A stretch of 64,000 nucleotides of DNA from an uncultured Oscillospiraceae bacterium (GCA_949282975.1 CASDQY010000058.1:5699-69698), one strand, 5' to 3'; positions 55,843 to 63,197 are shown, counted from the first letter of the stretch. Numbers and translations are program-made. The notes: generated by a model from the letters alone, not told the origin.

Positions 55843-56997
55843 ATGAAACGTGCAGGAAATCTTTTTGAAAAAATTTGCAGCCTAAGCAACCTGGAAACGG
55901 CGGTGCTCAACGCATCCGCCAACAAACAGAAAAGGAGGCGTGTGCGCTATGTGGTAGAGCACAAAGAGCAGGCCGCCGCCGAAATCCGGCGAATGCTGCT
56001 GGAAGGGACATTTCGACCGGGTCAGTGTCTGAGCAGGGAAATCTACGATCAATCCAGTCATAAGGTAAGGACCATAAACTGCCCGCTTTTTTGGCCGGAT
56101 CAGATCGTACATTGGGCCATCATCCAGGTGATCCGCCCGGTGCTGATGCGGGGGATGTCCCCTTTTTCCTGCGGGTCCATCCCGGGGAGGGGAATCCACT
56201 ACGGGCAAAAGTATATAAAGCGGTGGTTGGCCAGAGATCACAAAAACACAAAGTACTGCTTAAAGCTGGATGTCCGGAAATTTTATCAGAGCATCGACCA
56301 TGACCGGCTCAAAGCCATGCTCCGGCGGAAAATCAAGGATAAGCAGGTACTGGCCCTGCTGGACGCCATCATAGACAGCTATCCAACGGGGCTGCCCATC
56401 GGGTACTACACCTCCCAGTGGCTGGCTAACTTTTACTTGGAAGGGCTGGATCACTACGTCAAGGAGCAGCTTGGTATCAAGTATGCCCTGCGCTATGTGG
56501 ATGATATGGTGCTTTTCGGCACATCCAAACGCAAGCTGCACAAAGCCAGGGAGCGGATCGCCGCATACCTAAAGCCCCTTGACTTGGAACTCAAGGGGGA
56601 CTGGCAGGTTTTCCGGGTGGACAAGCGCCCGGTGGATATGCTGGGCTACCGCTTTTACCGGGATCATGTCACCCTGCGCCGCCGGAACGCCTTGAAAATC
56701 CGCAGGCGGGTGAAGCGGACGCACAAGCGGGGATACATCACCCTACATGATGCAAGGGCCATCCTAAGCAACGTGGGAATGATTACTCACAGTAATTCAA
56801 ATGAGTTTTACAAGCGGTATATTGTACCGTATGTAAATATCAAAAAACTAAAGGAGATGATCAGCCGTGCAGACAGAGAGCAACATCAAGCCGGCAGAAA
56901 TCGAGGTGGAGAAAATCCCGGGCATGGGGGTAGTGATCTGCCGGGAAAACATCACGAAAAAGGTGGGGCCGGAAGGGGATACTGTCTACTCCTATGA
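55843..56997 (+). CDS. DGR-type reverse transcriptase
   Basis: RT motifs include LPIGYYTSQWLANFYL (the DGR-typical I/LGxxxSQ) and the catalytic LRYVDDMVLFG. Confidence 0.9.
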   Translation: MKRAGNLFEKICSLSNLETAVLNASANKQKRRRVRYVVEHKEQAAAEIRRMLLEGTFRPGQCLSREIYDQSSHKVRTINCPLFWPDQIVHWAIIQVIRPVLMRGMSPFSCGSIPGRGIHYGQKYIKRWLARDHKNTKYCLKLDVRKFYQSIDHDRLKAMLRRKIKDKQVLALLDAIIDSYPTGLPIGYYTSQWLANFYLEGLDHYVKEQLGIKYALRYVDDMVLFGTSKRKLHKARERIAAYLKPLDLELKGDWQVFRVDKRPVDMLGYRFYRDHVTLRRRNALKIRRRVKRTHKRGYITLHDARAILSNVGMITHSNSNEFYKRYIVPYVNIKKLKEMISRADREQHQAGRNRGGENPGHGGSDLPGKHHEKGGAGRGYCLLL

Positions 56998-57358
56998 TGA
57001 GTACCGCACCATCACCACCTGGCGGGACAACCTGGCGGAAAGCGCCCGGGCCAACGCAAAAGAGTGGCTGGAAGTCGGCAAAAAGATGGAGTATGACCGG
57101 GCAGCCGCCGAAATCCGGGCAAAGCGGGACGAGCTGCTTCGGCAGTCGGACAAGCAGCTTTGCATCGACCGGCTGGGACTGGACACTTCCGGGGGAAGCA
57201 CCATCACCAGCTTTTTGCCCTTTGTCAAGGGGCTGGCGGCAGTGCTTACCGGGGAGTGGGCCGAGTACCGGCAAGCCCTCCGGGACGTGCCCCAGCAGGA
57301 GGGCTTCCCATTTGACATCACCTGGCCGGTTCCGCCGGAAGAGGGGGCGGACGTTTGA
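56867..57358 (+). CDS. XkdW/tail-fibre-assembly-like protein
   Basis: GTG follows AAGGAG. The C-terminal W..YRQALRDVPQQEGFPFDITWPVPP pattern resembles phage tail fibre assembly/XkdW proteins. Overlaps the RT 3' end by 131 nt. Confidence 0.5.
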   Translation: MQTESNIKPAEIEVEKIPGMGVVICRENITKKVGPEGDTVYSYDEYRTITTWRDNLAESARANAKEWLEVGKKMEYDRAAAEIRAKRDELLRQSDKQLCIDRLGLDTSGGSTITSFLPFVKGLAAVLTGEWAEYRQALRDVPQQEGFPFDITWPVPPEEGADV

Positions 57359-57684
57359 GCATCGGAGAATTTTTAGCCACCATCCTGGCCGCAGCTAGTA
57401 TCCCTTCCGCCATCACCGGCCTGTGTATCTGGATGATACAGCGGAAAATCACAAAAAGCGGCGAAGAGCAGCGGAAGCGGGAAGAGTGGCAGAAAGAGTA
57501 TCAAATCCTGGCTATGGAATCTATGCGAGCCTCTACCGTGCTGGCCGAAGCTACCGCCCATGCCCTGCAACGGGGGCATACCAACGGCGACATGGAAACC
57601 GCCCTGGAACTCACCGCTAAGGCCCAGCAAAAACAAAAGCAGTTTTTGATCCAGCATGGGATTGAAAGTATCTTTGATGATTGA
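57355..57684 (+). CDS. Holin-like protein (single N-terminal TM + coiled coil)
   Basis: TTG start overlaps the previous stop. TM segment FLATILAAASIPSAITGLCIWMI. Assigned by its position before the endolysin. Confidence 0.45.
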   Translation: MSIGEFLATILAAASIPSAITGLCIWMIQRKITKSGEEQRKREEWQKEYQILAMESMRASTVLAEATAHALQRGHTNGDMETALELTAKAQQKQKQFLIQHGIESIFDD

Positions 57685-57698
57685 AAGGATGTGAAATC

Positions 57699-58895
57699 AT
57701 GAGAAAAACCATCAGGCGAGGAATCGCCCTCTGGCTGGCGGTGCTGCTCGCCGGCCTTGCCATCCTGTACATCAGCGGGGACAGCCGACGGGTATCCGCC
57801 CAGGAGCGGTGCAACATGATCGATGTGTCCTCCTGGCAGGGGGACATCGACTGGGAGCACGTTGCCGCCAGCGGCATCGACTATGCCATCATCCGTATCT
57901 GCTCCGGCGCACGGGAGGATACCAGGTGGGTGGAAAACTACAACGGCGCAACCGCCGCCGGAATTCAGGTGGGGGTATACCTTTTTAACTACGCCACCAC
58001 ACCGGAGGGAGCCGCCCGGGAGGCGGAAGCCTTGCTGGATGCTCTGGACGGTCGGGAACTGGACCTGCCGGTATACTATGACCTGGAGTACAGCGCCGTA
58101 GCGGCGACCGGCCGGGACAACATCCGGAATATGGCCAACACTTTCCTGGCGACTGTGTCCGCCGAAGGATATGACGTGGGTATCTACTGTAACGTCAACT
58201 GGTACAGAAACTACATCGACCACAAAAACATCAACACGGACCTGTACTGGATCGCCAGCTACGGCACCAATGACGGGTATATGCATACCAGGCCATCCAT
58301 CGACGAAACCATGACCGCCTGGCAGTATACCTCTGTGCTCCATGTGTACGGTATATCCGGCAGGGTGGACGGGAATGTCTGGTACGGCTATCCGGACAGC
58401 GCTCAGGGAGTAGCCCAAGAAAACCCGCAGCCGTCCGCCCCGTCCGTATCCCGGGACTACAACGTGATCTATCGGGTGCGCACAGCGGAAACCGGTTGGC
58501 TGCCGGAGGTGGTCAACGATAGCGACTACGCCGGATGGGGCGGCTATGCCATCACCGACGTGGCCATCCGCACCACCACCGGATACTGCCGGTATCGGAT
58601 CCATGTCTACGGCGGGGGCTGGCTGCCTTATGTGGACAGCCGGAACTACAGCACCACCGACTACATCAACGGCTACGCCGGAAACGGCAGGGCCATCGAC
58701 GCCGTAGAAATCTACTACTATACCCCTGACGGGGCATTGGTGTACCGGTATGCCAGCTATCGGGTCATGGCGCAGGGCCGCAGCTACTACTACAGCCCGC
58801 AGATCGACAACCTTACCACCGGCGGCATGGACGGATACGCCGGAGTTATCGGCAGAAAAATCACCAGACTGCAGATCAGCCTGGTGACAAGATGA
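57699..58895 (+). CDS. GH25 muramidase endolysin with N-terminal signal/anchor segment and C-terminal repeat domain
   Basis: IDVSSWQGDIDWEHVAASGIDYAIIRI is the GH25 signature. The N-terminal hydrophobic segment is GIALWLAVLLAGLAILYI. Confidence 0.85.
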   Translation: MRKTIRRGIALWLAVLLAGLAILYISGDSRRVSAQERCNMIDVSSWQGDIDWEHVAASGIDYAIIRICSGAREDTRWVENYNGATAAGIQVGVYLFNYATTPEGAAREAEALLDALDGRELDLPVYYDLEYSAVAATGRDNIRNMANTFLATVSAEGYDVGIYCNVNWYRNYIDHKNINTDLYWIASYGTNDGYMHTRPSIDETMTAWQYTSVLHVYGISGRVDGNVWYGYPDSAQGVAQENPQPSAPSVSRDYNVIYRVRTAETGWLPEVVNDSDYAGWGGYAITDVAIRTTTGYCRYRIHVYGGGWLPYVDSRNYSTTDYINGYAGNGRAIDAVEIYYYTPDGALVYRYASYRVMAQGRSYYYSPQIDNLTTGGMDGYAGVIGRKITRLQISLVTR

Positions 58896-58909
58896 AAGGA
58901 TGGTATCAT

Positions 58910-59173
58910 ATGGATTGGAAACGGAAACTTACAAGCCGGAAGTTTTGGATCAGCGTGGCCGCTATGCTGGGCAGTATCGCAACCAGTATCGCAGGCCTGG
59001 CCATCAGCAACGAAACTGTAACCGCAATCGGCATGGTGTGCGGGGTGGTCAGCGCCGCCATCTATGCAGCGGCGGAGGCTTATGTAGATGGTAAAAGCGT
59101 GAGCGCAGCGGAAATCATCGTGGAAACCGCAGAAAAAGAAGAAACCGCCGAAAAAGCGGTTGACAGTCAGTGA
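58910..59173 (+). CDS. Holin
   Basis: MDWKRKLTSRKFWISVAAMLGSIATSIAGL... has two TM segments and an acidic tail, a typical Firmicute phage holin. Confidence 0.7.
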   Translation: MDWKRKLTSRKFWISVAAMLGSIATSIAGLAISNETVTAIGMVCGVVSAAIYAAAEAYVDGKSVSAAEIIVETAEKEETAEKAVDSQ

Positions 59174-59269
59174 ATTCTGCGCTATACTAAAGAGGCAGAA
59201 ACAAAGTAGTCCCCGCATTGCGGGGGTGGCCCAAAGCCTATTATTGTTTCTGCACATGTTTCTGCAAAA

Positions 59270-59299
59270 ATGAGCACCCGAAAGGGTGCTCATTTCCTT
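59270..59299. terminator. Bidirectional terminator between the lysis cassette and the right-end accessory genes
   Basis: ATGAGCACCC-gaaa-GGGTGCTCAT, flanked by an A-run (5') and a T-rich tract (3'). Confidence 0.8.
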
Positions 59300-60145
59300 T
59301 TAGTCTTTTTTATTCTCCCAGCCATACTTATCAAGCATAGGCTTAAAATATTTTTCTTCGGCCTCTTTTCTAGCGGATATTGCATCCTCCTTTTTGACAA
59401 AGCGACCAAGAGTAATGTCTTTGCCTTGAAATCCTATTTTTGCAATCCATCTTTCTGCCCTTTTGTTCCAGTAAACGCCGGTAACGCCGGATTTGTTGTT
59501 TTTTCTCGGTTTGCCGTTGATTTTTAGTAGAGAAAGAGCGGTGCTTTCGACATGGCCAAAAATGTTATCATCAACTGTTTTAGCCCTTGCGGCTTCAGAA
59601 AGAAGACAACCGCAACTTTGCGTTTCGCCAAGCTTTAAATGTTTTGCGCTTGCTACCGCCTCATTCCCGCAGTCGCATTTGCACAGCCAGCCAGAAACAA
59701 CGCCATTGCTTTCTTTTTTGTCAAGAAAAACTTTTTTTACAGCGACAAGGCGTCCAAACCTTTGGCCGGTAAGGTCTTCGCCGTAATCCCTTCTGGAGCA
59801 TCCGCAACTTGTTGTTGGGTCTTTTTTAGATGTCAATGCATTTTGCAGTACGACAATTTCATTCCCGCAATCGCACCGGCAGCGCCAACGCCTTGTTTTG
59901 ACCCCTTTTGGCGATATGTATGGTTCTGGATCTTCGCACAAAACAAAAAGACGACCAAATTTTTTCCCGGTCAGATCGAGTTTCTTTTTTGGTCTTCTTT
60001 TGTCTACCTCTTCAACAAACTCCATTTCTGCTTTCTTTGCTTCCTCCATCGTTTGAAAGGAACCGGGTAATATCTCTCCACGATAGAGGACTTTGTAGCG
60101 ATTTTTCTTTTTGATTATTGACACGTTTTGATCCCTCGCAGTCAT
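59300..60145 (-). CDS. AP2-domain protein with two Cys-rich repeats
   Basis: The C-terminal GVTGVYWNKRAERWIAKIGFQGKDITLGRFVKKEDAISARKEAEEKYF is an AP2 domain. Two copies of LTGxxFGRLxV...W.C.CDCGNE...SCGC precede it. Confidence 0.7.
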   Translation of the reverse strand: MTARDQNVSIIKKKNRYKVLYRGEILPGSFQTMEEAKKAEMEFVEEVDKRRPKKKLDLTGKKFGRLFVLCEDPEPYISPKGVKTRRWRCRCDCGNEIVVLQNALTSKKDPTTSCGCSRRDYGEDLTGQRFGRLVAVKKVFLDKKESNGVVSGWLCKCDCGNEAVASAKHLKLGETQSCGCLLSEAARAKTVDDNIFGHVESTALSLLKINGKPRKNNKSGVTGVYWNKRAERWIAKIGFQGKDITLGRFVKKEDAISARKEAEEKYFKPMLDKYGWENKKD

Positions 60146-60339
60146 CCGACGATGAGATCGCAGGGAGCAATCTCAAGATACCGGGCTAAAAATTCTTCTT
60201 CGGTATCGTGGCCCTCGGAGGCCACTTCTTCTCTGGTATCGTCATCCATCGTGTTGACAATGGAATCCCAAGCCATGCCTTCGATTGCTTCTTTTGGTTC
60301 AACAAAAGTGGACCCGTTGTTAATGCTGATCTGTTTCAT
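60142..60339 (-). CDS. Small acidic protein (65 aa)
   Basis: Driven by promoter copy A. MKQISINNGSTFVEPKEAIEGMAWDSIVNTMDDDTREEVASEGHDTEEEF... Confidence 0.6.
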   Translation of the reverse strand: MKQISINNGSTFVEPKEAIEGMAWDSIVNTMDDDTREEVASEGHDTEEEFLARYLEIAPCDLIVG

Positions 60340-60469
60340 GTTTCTGCATCCTTTCTTTTTTGGGGGTCTGTTTTTCTTTTCTTCCCCCTTGCTATGGCTA
60401 TATTATATCATGAGTTGCACTGTAAGTCAATAGATTTTAGAGTTAAAATAGAAAAAATAATGCACAAAG
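60334..60469 (-). repeat. Promoter/5'-UTR cassette, copy A
   Basis: ~90% identical to 61221-61352. Minus strand reads TTGACT (60430-60425), 17 nt, TATAAT (60407-60402), then a purine-rich leader and ATG. A terminator hairpin lies just upstream at 60461-60490. Confidence 0.8.
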
Positions 60470-60500
60470 ATTGAGAACAATCCTTGTGCAAATTGTATGA

Positions 60501-60938
60501 TTATGCATCCAAGATCAATTTTTCGATCCAACCAGAAACGCTCATTCCGGCTTCGGACGATTTCTTCCGAGCCATATTAACGACAGATTTCGAAAGATAA
60601 AAAGATGCGTTTGTTTTTTCTGCATCGTTTTCATCTCCTTCGAGGCCGAAGTATCTAAGATAATCATCGGCTTCTAAGTGTTCTTCCGCCCATTCCCGTG
60701 CCTTGCTGTACGACAAGGGAACGATTTCTTCGCCGCCGCACCAGCCGCCTCCTTCGGTTTGGTGGGCGTACTGCGTTCTTGCCCCACCGTCCCCGTGAAG
60801 GAAGAACTCTCCGGTGCGTTTACGGTACAGGGTTTCCTGGATTCCGTCCAACTGGTCGGTGACGTTGCTGCACCGGTATCCGATTTCCTTTGCTGTGGAT
60901 GTATCATACAGGCGGCCGTTTATTACTTTTTTCATCAT
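60501..60938 (-). CDS. Hypothetical protein with C-terminal ribbon-helix-helix-like tail
   Basis: 145 aa. The C-terminus FYLSKSVVNMARKKSSEAGMSVSGWIEKLI resembles CopG/RHH. Appears co-transcribed with 61008-61226. Confidence 0.55.
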   Translation of the reverse strand: MMKKVINGRLYDTSTAKEIGYRCSNVTDQLDGIQETLYRKRTGEFFLHGDGGARTQYAHQTEGGGWCGGEEIVPLSYSKAREWAEEHLEADDYLRYFGLEGDENDAEKTNASFYLSKSVVNMARKKSSEAGMSVSGWIEKLILDA

Positions 60939-61007
60939 TGCTCCTCCTTCCCCGTCTTATGGCCGATAGGACAGCCTATGCGGTTTTGCCCATGATGGTG
61001 GTGCAGA

Positions 61008-61226
61008 TCAGTCCCACCAGAATTTTAGGCTTTCGGCCTGGATGCCGTTTGCTTTAGCCTGGTCCAGGATTTCAGCTTTCAGGGATTCGTAGTTTTCTTC
61101 TTCGGTTTCACCGGCCGGAGCTTCGGCGTAAAGCTCAACGCCGTCGATGTCGGCCATCATGTAATCAACAGCCTCACCGCTGTATCTGCTTTCTCCACCG
61201 TTAAATTCAACTTCGTACTTTTTCAT
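61008..61226 (-). CDS. Small acidic protein (72 aa)
   Basis: Driven by promoter copy B. MKKYEVEFNGGESRYSGEAVDYMMADIDGVELYAEAPAGETEEENYESLK... Confidence 0.6.
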   Translation of the reverse strand: MKKYEVEFNGGESRYSGEAVDYMMADIDGVELYAEAPAGETEEENYESLKAEILDQAKANGIQAESLKFWWD

Positions 61227-61352
61227 GTTTCTGCATCCTTTCTTTTTTGAGGGTTATTTTTTCTTTCCCTCTTGCTGTGATTATATTATATCATGAGTTG
61301 CACTGTAAGTCAATAGTTTTTAGAGTTAGAATAGGAAAAATAATGCACAAAG
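61221..61352 (-). repeat. Promoter/5'-UTR cassette, copy B
   Basis: Minus strand reads TTGACT (61313-61308), 17 nt, TATAAT (61290-61285). A terminator hairpin at 61344-61373 encloses the stop codon of the truncated cotJC reading frame. Confidence 0.8.
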
Positions 61353-61400
61353 TTAAAGCAGAATATTTGTGCACGATGAACAAATTATTGTTTTACGTAA

Positions 61401-61445
61401 TGATGGATACTTTTTCGGAGTATATTCTTCCACTCCAATATCGGT
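61401..61445. other. attR (phage arm + host cotJC half-site)
   Basis: The phage arm is TGATGGATACTTTTTCGG (61401-61418). The shared core is TC at 61426-61427. Confidence 0.7.
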
Positions 61446-61619
61446 AAGCGCCCCTTTCACCACGCCGTCCCGCATACTGTAACGCTGATTCAGATACCGG
61501 GTAGATGCCCCCATTTCCCCGTGGGGTCCTCCTAATTGGCTGACGATGATCTTGGCCAGGGCGGGGTTGGGCGTCTTGATCTTGACCGGATACTGTAATT
61601 TCTTTTCGTATTGGAACAT
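61425..61619 (-). pseudogene. cotJC: cotJC 5' portion (N-terminal 65 codons)
   Basis: MFQYEKKLQYPVKIKTPNPALAKIIVSQLGGPHGEMGASTRYLNQRYSM...LTDIGVEE is the conserved CotJC/Mn-catalase N-terminus. The frame then continues 23 codons into phage DNA to a stop at 61353. Confidence 0.85.
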
Positions 61620-61622
61620 GGT

Positions 61623-61874
61623 TTATTCTCCTCTTTCCCAGGGCCAGGGATTGTCAACCCAGTCCCAGCGGTCGGTGCTGTGGGGCTGAGTGCGGACTAA
61701 GGTGCCGTATTGCTTAGAATATTCCTCCATGGCCTGTTGGCGCATCGCCAGGTGCTTTTGGTAAAACTCCAGAGCCTGGGAATCCTCCGGATGGGTGTCC
61801 AGATAAAGGGCCGTTTCGGTGAGCACGAAGTCGCAGACCTGGATTCGGTGAAGCAAAACCTGCTTTTGATTCAT
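61623..61874 (-). CDS. cotJB: Spore coat protein CotJB
   Basis: LLHRIQVCDFVLTETALYLDTHPEDSQALEFYQKHL...DNPWPWE is the CotJB signature. Confidence 0.9.
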   Translation of the reverse strand: MNQKQVLLHRIQVCDFVLTETALYLDTHPEDSQALEFYQKHLAMRQQAMEEYSKQYGTLVRTQPHSTDRWDWVDNPWPWERGE

Positions 61875-62047
61875 CTGTCATCACGCTCCCCGATAAAGGG
61901 TTTGTCCAACTGGGCAAATAGAGTTCCTCGGCTGAGCGCTACCTCCGGGGTATAAATCTCCTCCCAGGATTGGGGAGGAATAAAAGCCGCCGCTAAAGTG
62001 GGGAAGGGGCATCCCTCCCAGGATGTGGCAGCATTTTGCTGTTTCAT
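61871..62047 (-). CDS. cotJA: Spore coat-associated protein CotJA
   Basis: ATG at 62047 follows AAAGGAG. ...AAAFIPPQSWEEIYTPEVALSRGTLFAQLDKPF fits the CotJA pattern. Overlaps the cotJB start. Confidence 0.8.
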   Translation of the reverse strand: MKQQNAATSWEGCPFPTLAAAFIPPQSWEEIYTPEVALSRGTLFAQLDKPFIGERDDR

Positions 62048-62197
62048 AAGGATATCTCCTTTGCATTTTCTGTCGCCCCAAAGAGCTTGGGACAATACCA
62101 GTGTATGCGAAGAAAGAAAAACAAGTGAGAAAAACACTTCCTAAAGATAGAATCTGCCTTCCTTTTATGCTATAATGAAAAAAACCGTTCGGAGGCG

Positions 62198-63190
62198 ATG
62201 GAAGTGGTAAAAGAATACCGTTGGGCTACCCTGGGCTGCGGCGTCATTGCCCATGAGTTGGCTCGGGCTATGGAAAAGCAGGGGAGAAAGCTGTACGCTG
62301 TAGCAAACCGCACCCGGGAAAAGGCGGAAGCTTTTGCGAAGGAATATGGCATTGAAAAGGTGTATTCCCGGTTGGAGGATGTGTTTGAAGATCCGGCGGT
62401 GGACGTGATCTATATCTCGACGCCCCACAATACCCATCTGCCCTTTTTGCTCCAGGCCCTCTCCCACAAAAAGCATGTTCTCTGCGAAAAAGCCATTACC
62501 TTAAACAGCGATGAATTGGAGCTTGCCATGCGCTCCGCCCGGGAGAACGGTGTGGTGCTGGCGGAGGCTATGACGGTGTATCATATGCCCCTGTATCGGG
62601 AGCTGGAACAGCGGATCCGGGGCGGGGAGCTGGGCCCCCTGCGGATGATTCAGATGAACTTCGGCAGCTATAAGGAATATGACATGACCAACCGGTTTTT
62701 CAATCGGAATTTGGCCGGAGGAGCTTTGCTGGACATCGGCGTTTATGCCCTCTCCTTTGCCCGGTGGTTTTTGTCCTCCCAGCCGGATCAGGTGGTTTCC
62801 CAGGTGCGGCTGGCGCCCACCGGGGTGGACGAACAAGCCGGAATCCTGCTGATGAATCCTCAGCAGGAAATGGTAACCATCGCCCTTTCCCTTCACGCCA
62901 AGCAGCCAAAACGGGGTATGGCAGCCTTTGACCGGGGCTATCTGGAGGTGTACAACTATCCTCGTGCAGAGGAAGCGGTGATTACCTATACCCAGGACGG
63001 CCATCAGGAAATCATTCGCTCCGGCAGCACGGCCGATGCCCTGTCTTATGAAGTTCTGGATATGGAGCATACGATTTCCACCGGAGAAGATCGGATGCGG
63101 CTGAACTATACAAAAGATGTAATGGATTTGATGACGCAGATCCGCCGGGACTGGAAACTGACCTATCCGGAAGAAGAATTCAGCCGCTGA
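62198..63190 (+). CDS. Gfo/Idh/MocA family oxidoreductase
   Basis: N-terminal Rossmann motif WATLGCGVIAHELA and EKA(I) in VLCEKAITL. 330 aa. Confidence 0.85.
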   Translation: MEVVKEYRWATLGCGVIAHELARAMEKQGRKLYAVANRTREKAEAFAKEYGIEKVYSRLEDVFEDPAVDVIYISTPHNTHLPFLLQALSHKKHVLCEKAITLNSDELELAMRSARENGVVLAEAMTVYHMPLYRELEQRIRGGELGPLRMIQMNFGSYKEYDMTNRFFNRNLAGGALLDIGVYALSFARWFLSSQPDQVVSQVRLAPTGVDEQAGILLMNPQQEMVTIALSLHAKQPKRGMAAFDRGYLEVYNYPRAEEAVITYTQDGHQEIIRSGSTADALSYEVLDMEHTISTGEDRMRLNYTKDVMDLMTQIRRDWKLTYPEEEFSR

Positions 63191-63197
63191 CGCAAAA

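Larger units (their letters stand above)
21876..61427. mobile_element. ~39.5-kb siphovirus-type prophage integrated in cotJC by a large serine recombinase
   Basis: Bounded by the two halves of cotJC. Contains recombinase, repressor switch, replication, packaging, head, tail and lysis modules in canonical order. Confidence 0.9.

Noticed and set aside
56867-57358. The 163-aa ORF after the RT as the DGR accessory protein Avd
   Set aside because: It is larger than Avd and not obviously a basic four-helix bundle. Its C-terminal W..YR..L...P....P.DI.WP.PP pattern looks like a tail-fibre assembly/XkdW protein. The DGR therefore appears Avd-less, pending an HMM check.
38315-58604. Long minus-strand ORFs inside the phage structural genes (38315-39256, 40570-41349, 41192-42040, 41896-43242, 49698-50912, 52381-53574, 54334-54900, 57501-58604)
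   Set aside because: All are antisense to recognisable terminase, portal, protease, capsid, tail and endolysin genes, with Gly/Arg/His/Pro-biased translations. They are treated as non-coding shadows.
58790-59293. 167-aa minus-strand ORF over the holin gene and terminator
   Set aside because: It is antisense to the holin gene and runs through the bidirectional terminator hairpin. It is a shadow ORF.
60334-61352. The ~130-bp repeats as a CRISPR array or transposon terminal repeats
   Set aside because: There are only two copies, in direct orientation and ~890 bp apart. Each contains a consensus promoter, a leader and a start codon, so they are duplicated expression cassettes.
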